DNA of 64,000 bases from positions 921 through 64,920 of the forward strand of contig DAIDHP010000014.1 of NCBI GenBank assembly GCA_027459625.1, in the 5' to 3' direction. A program made the translations under genes and the position numbers. Positions 58,164 to 64,000 of this stretch are shown here, in pieces. The notes under the pieces were generated by a model. It searched no databases. It saw only the letters and a list, made by a program, of their open reading frames with translations, and had not been told where the DNA came from. How positions within the stretch are numbered: position 1 is the stretch's first letter; every line of letters begins with the position of its first letter. Source of the stretch: Chthonomonadales bacterium (GTDB lineage: Bacteria > Armatimonadota > Chthonomonadetes > Chthonomonadales > CAJBBX01).

Positions 58164-60350
58164 CTATTTAATTGTGAACTCCAAGGTGTCTTGCGCCAAT
58201 GCCGGTTTCCTTAATCTGGCGGTCTCATTCCATTCAGCGAGCAAATAGTGGGTATTAGTTCCTTCCCCCTGCACCGTCAAATTGTGAGCGCCTCTCTTCA
58301 AGTCTTTCAGCGGAACCGTATACGTGGCGCTTTGTACGTCACGCGCCAAAACACGGTGATCCAGTAGAATGTCGTATCCAGTTGGTTTCGCCCCCATGAC
58401 GCTCCATTTTAATATCAAGTCACCCTTGTTCGGCAACATGAGATGATTGGTGTTCGAGATCACCAGGATCGATCGCTTTGAGGTCGGGGCTTTGTAAAGC
58501 GTAATCATGGCGCGTGTGAGGTTTAGGTAACGGAATCCCCACCCGCCGCATCCGCGATAAGCGCACGATGTGAGCGACGTGGGTTCGATATCGTTGCTCA
58601 AAGGGACATTGTAGCAATCCACGAATTGATCGTGTTTCGGACCGTAACCCGCGCCAATGGCTTGTCCCGCAAATTCGTTCCATTGGCAGATCAGCAGGAA
58701 TTTCGGATGAACGGTCATGGCGTATTTAAACTCCTCCAGATACGTCGCGCCATTTCTCCTGCCTATCGCCTGAGGGTAAGTCCACCCGCCGTCTCCGAAG
58801 AATGCGGGCGTGATGGTCAACGCTTCGGGTTTTCCGTCATGGTAGGTGGGTATCGGATGAATCGAACCATCCATCCAGGACCAATATCCCTCCTTGGCTA
58901 CTCCGGGATTGTATTGCAATTGGCTTGTCATCCAGCGAACGGTGAACTTTGATTGATCGATTGGCGATTTCCCTGCGAGAAACCCCGGTCCTCCGCCGTT
59001 AAAGGGAACGATAAGCGGCTTGCCCTCATAATAGAGCCACAATCCTTTGTATTTTGGATTTTCCACGATATGGTTGTAAATCCAGTCCATCTCCTCGTTA
59101 AGAGCGTACATGGTGGTGGTGGGACCGTTATCCAATCCCAGTAACAGGGTGATTTTGGGAGTGGGTACGCCTTCCTTTCTCATTTGAGCATAGGTGTCGA
59201 ATAGGAGAAGAGTGGAGCGGATTAACTCATCAACGCCCGGCGCCCGATCCCGCCAATGGTCTTTGCCCCATAGATTGTTGGACCAATCCACGAGCAGGTA
59301 GTCTATTCCTATTTGATCAAACCAAAGACAATGCTGTCGGATGACGGCTTTTTGGAAGGAGTCATACCTTCCTTCAATCGGCACCGCTTCCGCGGTGTCC
59401 CAGGTGGCGTTCAGCGGGGTGAACCAAGGCTCGTATTCCATGCCTATCAGATGATTTGGATCAGTGTGCAAAAAGAAAGGGCGTTTCATCACGCGAACAA
59501 GAACCGCATTCGATACTTTCACCCCTTTTGAAATCGGACTGCCCACGGGGAATTGATCCATTTGACTCATTCCGGGCCAGCCCACTATGGAGCGTCCCCA
59601 AACTCCGCCACCCACGGCGCCGATGATGGTTGAAGCTTCGCCAGGAGAGCCACCAGGCTTCGGCCAGCTGTGGGGTTTTTCAGGGGATACCATCCATGAG
59701 GGATTCGTGAAAATACTCTCTCTCTTTTTATTATCCCTAAGCTCAATGCACGCCAGCAATCCGGCTGGTCCGGAACCGTTCAGGGATTCAACGGCGATTG
59801 TGTTTACCCCTTTGACTAGGTATCGGGCGGGAATGACTGGATTTTGCACTTTGTGGAAATCGGTTCCCTGTGCCACAAGACGACCGTTCAAATAAGCGTG
59901 AAATGAATCATCGCAAGTAATGAATAGTCGAGCGGATGAAGGGATAGAGGTAAGACTGAAATGCTTTGTAAAATAGACCGTTTGCTGATCTCGCGTCGTA
60001 TGATACCAAATCCAATATGCCGGAAGGGGATTCTGTACGGTTGGAATCGCCACCTGCAGTCTGGCTTCGCCCGGGTACGGGAGGGGGATTAGAAAAATCG
60101 CTTTGCCGGATGCATTGGTTTTTTCCGGGGCTCCCCATTGGCGCCCGTTCCAATAGGGTAAAAGCGAGATGCCAGAAAACGGACGATGCCGGGGATTCGA
60201 TATGGTTGCGGTCATGGTGACGGTTTGTCCCATGGAGATAAGGGATTTATTAACGATCAGCTTGACAGATTGCTGCGCCATAGCGCCACGACCGAGGATT
60301 AGCAAACAGTAAGCCACAAGTGTTAAGGACGCCTTTCCGGTGAGTTTCAT
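58164..60350 (-). CDS. Secreted GH99/GH71-like glycoside hydrolase with N-terminal beta-sandwich domains
   Basis: ITCDD..YLNG..NG.GPAGLL sandwich; YEPWF, YDS...IRQH, GIDY..VDWSN and QWNEF motifs. Confidence 0.7.
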   Translation of the reverse strand: MKLTGKASLTLVAYCLLILGRGAMAQQSVKLIVNKSLISMGQTVTMTATISNPRHRPFSGISLLPYWNGRQWGAPEKTNASGKAIFLIPLPYPGEARLQVAIPTVQNPLPAYWIWYHTTRDQQTVYFTKHFSLTSIPSSARLFITCDDSFHAYLNGRLVAQGTDFHKVQNPVIPARYLVKGVNTIAVESLNGSGPAGLLACIELRDNKKRESIFTNPSWMVSPEKPHSWPKPGGSPGEASTIIGAVGGGVWGRSIVGWPGMSQMDQFPVGSPISKGVKVSNAVLVRVMKRPFFLHTDPNHLIGMEYEPWFTPLNATWDTAEAVPIEGRYDSFQKAVIRQHCLWFDQIGIDYLLVDWSNNLWGKDHWRDRAPGVDELIRSTLLLFDTYAQMRKEGVPTPKITLLLGLDNGPTTTMYALNEEMDWIYNHIVENPKYKGLWLYYEGKPLIVPFNGGGPGFLAGKSPIDQSKFTVRWMTSQLQYNPGVAKEGYWSWMDGSIHPIPTYHDGKPEALTITPAFFGDGGWTYPQAIGRRNGATYLEEFKYAMTVHPKFLLICQWNEFAGQAIGAGYGPKHDQFVDCYNVPLSNDIEPTSLTSCAYRGCGGWGFRYLNLTRAMITLYKAPTSKRSILVISNTNHLMLPNKGDLILKWSVMGAKPTGYDILLDHRVLARDVQSATYTVPLKDLKRGAHNLTVQGEGTNTHYLLAEWNETARLRKPALAQDTLEFTIK

Positions 60351-60710
60351 GATAGAACCCTTCTTCCAATTCCATCGAAGCTATAAAATTCGATCGTTTC
60401 ACGATTCATTCAGCTATTTGATGTTTGTCAAACAACGCCATTCCATGCGAAGTTCTGAAAAATTGCACGGATGTCCAAGATCATAACCGATTTTACCTGC
60501 GGATTGGAAGGGGATACAACGAAAAAAGGGTTCCTCGCTGCATTGTGTGGGTATACGACAGGCGGGTATCTCTGCATTGAACTCATTCCATCCCGAAAAA
60601 GATGTCCAATGGAGTGTGCCGATACGCTTGCAAAGCCTGAAGAAGGATGTGTTGCGGGCGAACCGAGCTATTAATATTCAACCCCTTCGAGGTTGGGGGA
60701 TGGCTTTCAA

Positions 60711-60932
60711 GCCATTCGTGAGAGCGTACCTCGGGATTTATCCCGAAGGTTCGATACGTGCACTTTCCTTACTTCTTCACTTCGGAACCCTGTAGCTTCC
60801 TTCCCCTCGGAATCCCGCCGTCTTCCGCACTTCGGAATCCTGATGCCTCCCGCACCACGGGATAACCCACACCGGCTCCCGCACTACGGGATAAATCCCG
60901 AAGTGCTCGCTAACGAATGCCATGAATGGCAT
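60711..60932. repeat. Inverted doublet of the double-hairpin repeat family seen at 47.4 kb
   Basis: 60711-60749 is an imperfect reverse complement of 60884-60921; CGGGATAAATCCCG and ATGCCATGAATGGCAT hairpins. Confidence 0.7.
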
Positions 60933-61636
60933 CGGGGGAGAGTGGGCTTTTCGGGGGGGGGAATAAATACGAGAGCGGCGGCGAGCCTTGGGCGCTGCTT
61001 GAAGAGAACACTTGTCGAATGCGTCATTCGGAATCTCCTTCTCGAAACGAGCCTCAAACAGAACCTTCCCTTGCACAAACTATCATATCGCCGCCCGTTC
61101 AGGTTGTATAGAGGGATTTGATATAATCTAAAATATTTGTTTCGGCTAGTTATTTCATATGGGGGTCATCGCCTGAAAGAGAAGAGTTAGCCCATCATTC
61201 TGGAAGCGGGCATACGCGGCGCGAAAGCCTTCATCGTTTCTGTCGGCTTTGGCGTTTACGGAAATACTTGCTGTGGCTTTTCTCACGCGGAACAGGCGGT
61301 ATTTGATTCATCGGAGGGAAGCCGATGGTCGATGATAGGTCAACTGTTCGAGGAGGTTTGGTTGCTGTCGCAATGGGGGTCGCATTCACTACATCTTGAC
61401 ATAATTGGGGCGTTCGGGACGAGGTGACTCCCAATCCCATCAATTATCGGGCAGGAAGGGGGACTCGCAGGTTTCAACATTAACTTCGGGCTTCTTCACA
61501 TGAAAGAGCGGTTTCAATCCAATCTCGGCGGAGGATATAAGAGTAATGATGATTCAGATTGATGTCATATATTGGGTAGCAAAGGTTTAAAATACGGCAA
61601 TAGAGTTGCAATAATCCGCGCAATGTGACGAATAAC

Positions 61637-61669
61637 AGAAAAAGGGTTGGAGGCATAAACCTCCAACCC
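61637..61669 (-). terminator. groEL intrinsic terminator
   Basis: GGGTTGGAGG-CATAAA-CCTCCAACCC with an adjacent A-run. Confidence 0.85.
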
Positions 61670-61692
61670 AATTTGGCATGTTTACATCTATA

Positions 61693-63321
<1,629 letters not shown>

Positions 63322-63375
63322 TCATTTCTCCTTTGGAGTCACACATAGATTATCTGCCGATTGAATTGTTTAGAA

Positions 63376-63666
63376 CTACTTCTCCACCACTGCTAGCACA
63401 TCGTCCTGTCGAAGGATGATCAACTCCTCGCCTCCGACCTTTACTTCCGTGCCGCCGTATTTGGCGTAGTAGATGGTATCACCGACTTTTACGTCCATGG
63501 GAACTATCTTGCCATTGTCCAGTTGTTTCCCCGGGCCAATCGCGATAACATCGCCGGCTTGAGGTTTGGTTTGAGCACTGTCCGGAAGTACGATCCCCCC
63601 GGCAGTCTTTTCTTCCGCTTGAGTGGCCTTAACAATCAGCCGATCTCCTAGAGGTTTAAGCGACAT
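63376..63666 (-). CDS. groES: Co-chaperonin GroES
   Basis: LKPLGDR, TAGGIVLPD and YGGTEVK motifs. Confidence 0.99.
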   Translation of the reverse strand: MSLKPLGDRLIVKATQAEEKTAGGIVLPDSAQTKPQAGDVIAIGPGKQLDNGKIVPMDVKVGDTIYYAKYGGTEVKVGGEELIILRQDDVLAVVEK

Positions 63667-63717
63667 GGTTGCGCCTCCTGTAATATGGAATTGTAGGTGA
63701 ATAGTATGGTTTAGCGA

Positions 63718-63744
63718 TTAGCACTCTATCCTTACGAGTGCTAA
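63718..63744. promoter_or_regulatory. CIRCE element (HrcA operator)
   Basis: Perfect TTAGCACTC-N9-GAGTGCTAA upstream of groES. Confidence 0.97.
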
Positions 63745-63950
63745 TCCGATTGAATTATACACCATCTTTGTCGGATGCTACAATATCCCAAGGGATTTTT
63801 TTCCCGTTCACTTAATTTTTTTCATCTCCCCCTCATTGATTAGTTCGCTCGCCGTATCGATGATTCGGAAATTGGGGAACTCGCACATTCCCTTTACAAA
63901 ACATCTCCTTCGGGAATAAAATGATACGACACTGCAAGGAGAGACCCAAA

Positions 63951-64000
63951 ATGACTAACGAGGAGACACTGCATCTATTTCAGGAGGCGGAGGCTCTGCT
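63951..64000 (+). CDS. 5' end of probable orotate phosphoribosyltransferase (PyrE-like, partial)
   Basis: SD AAGGAG; MTNEETLHLFQEAEAL resembles PyrE N-termini; only 16 full codons visible. Confidence 0.5.
   Translation, partial: MTNEETLHLFQEAEAL

Noticed and set aside
61231-61443. 70-aa ORF downstream of groEL
   Set aside because: No RBS or recognisable motif, and it lies beyond the terminator
61471-61545. Two GTTTCAA-starting segments resembling CRISPR repeat ends (ATTGAAAC/GTTGAAAC on the minus strand)
   Set aside because: Only 7 bp are shared, starts are 40 bp apart with no room for a spacer, there is no third copy and no cas gene

Overview
A 64-kb bacterial chromosomal segment. It is probably from an Armatimonadota-like diderm (inference from a DUF1559/H-X9-DG prepilin-type protein, many Tat/Sec-exported glycoside hydrolases, L/P-ring flagella with FliW-CsrA, and CIRCE-controlled groESL). 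Housekeeping content: ahcY, purH with a ZMP/ZTP riboswitch, murJ, ftsK, a flgF-G-A-H-I-J-N-K-L-fliW-csrA operon, a rubredoxin-AhbAB fusion, groES/groEL and probably the start of pyrE. The 41.6-60.4 kb region is a large carbohydrate-degradation cluster (GH116, GH14-like, GH79, a GH43 with an in-frame TGA, GH99-like and several unassigned secreted proteins). It is interrupted by a PIN toxin-antitoxin pair and by a ~2-kb island at 47.2-49.2 kb. That island holds a DNA-methyltransferase C-terminal remnant, a host-less Hint/intein-like ORF carrying a DUF559 nuclease and in-frame GC palindromes, and a tandem array of covarying double-hairpin repeats framed by GTAG REPs. Other unexplained signals are a dispersed ~85-bp element with terminal inverted repeats (about 7 copies, all intergenic) and a promoter-to-hairpin-bounded rod-like RNA candidate upstream of murJ. 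No CRISPR array, rRNA or tRNA was recognised. Family assignments come from motif recognition only; no database searches were run.
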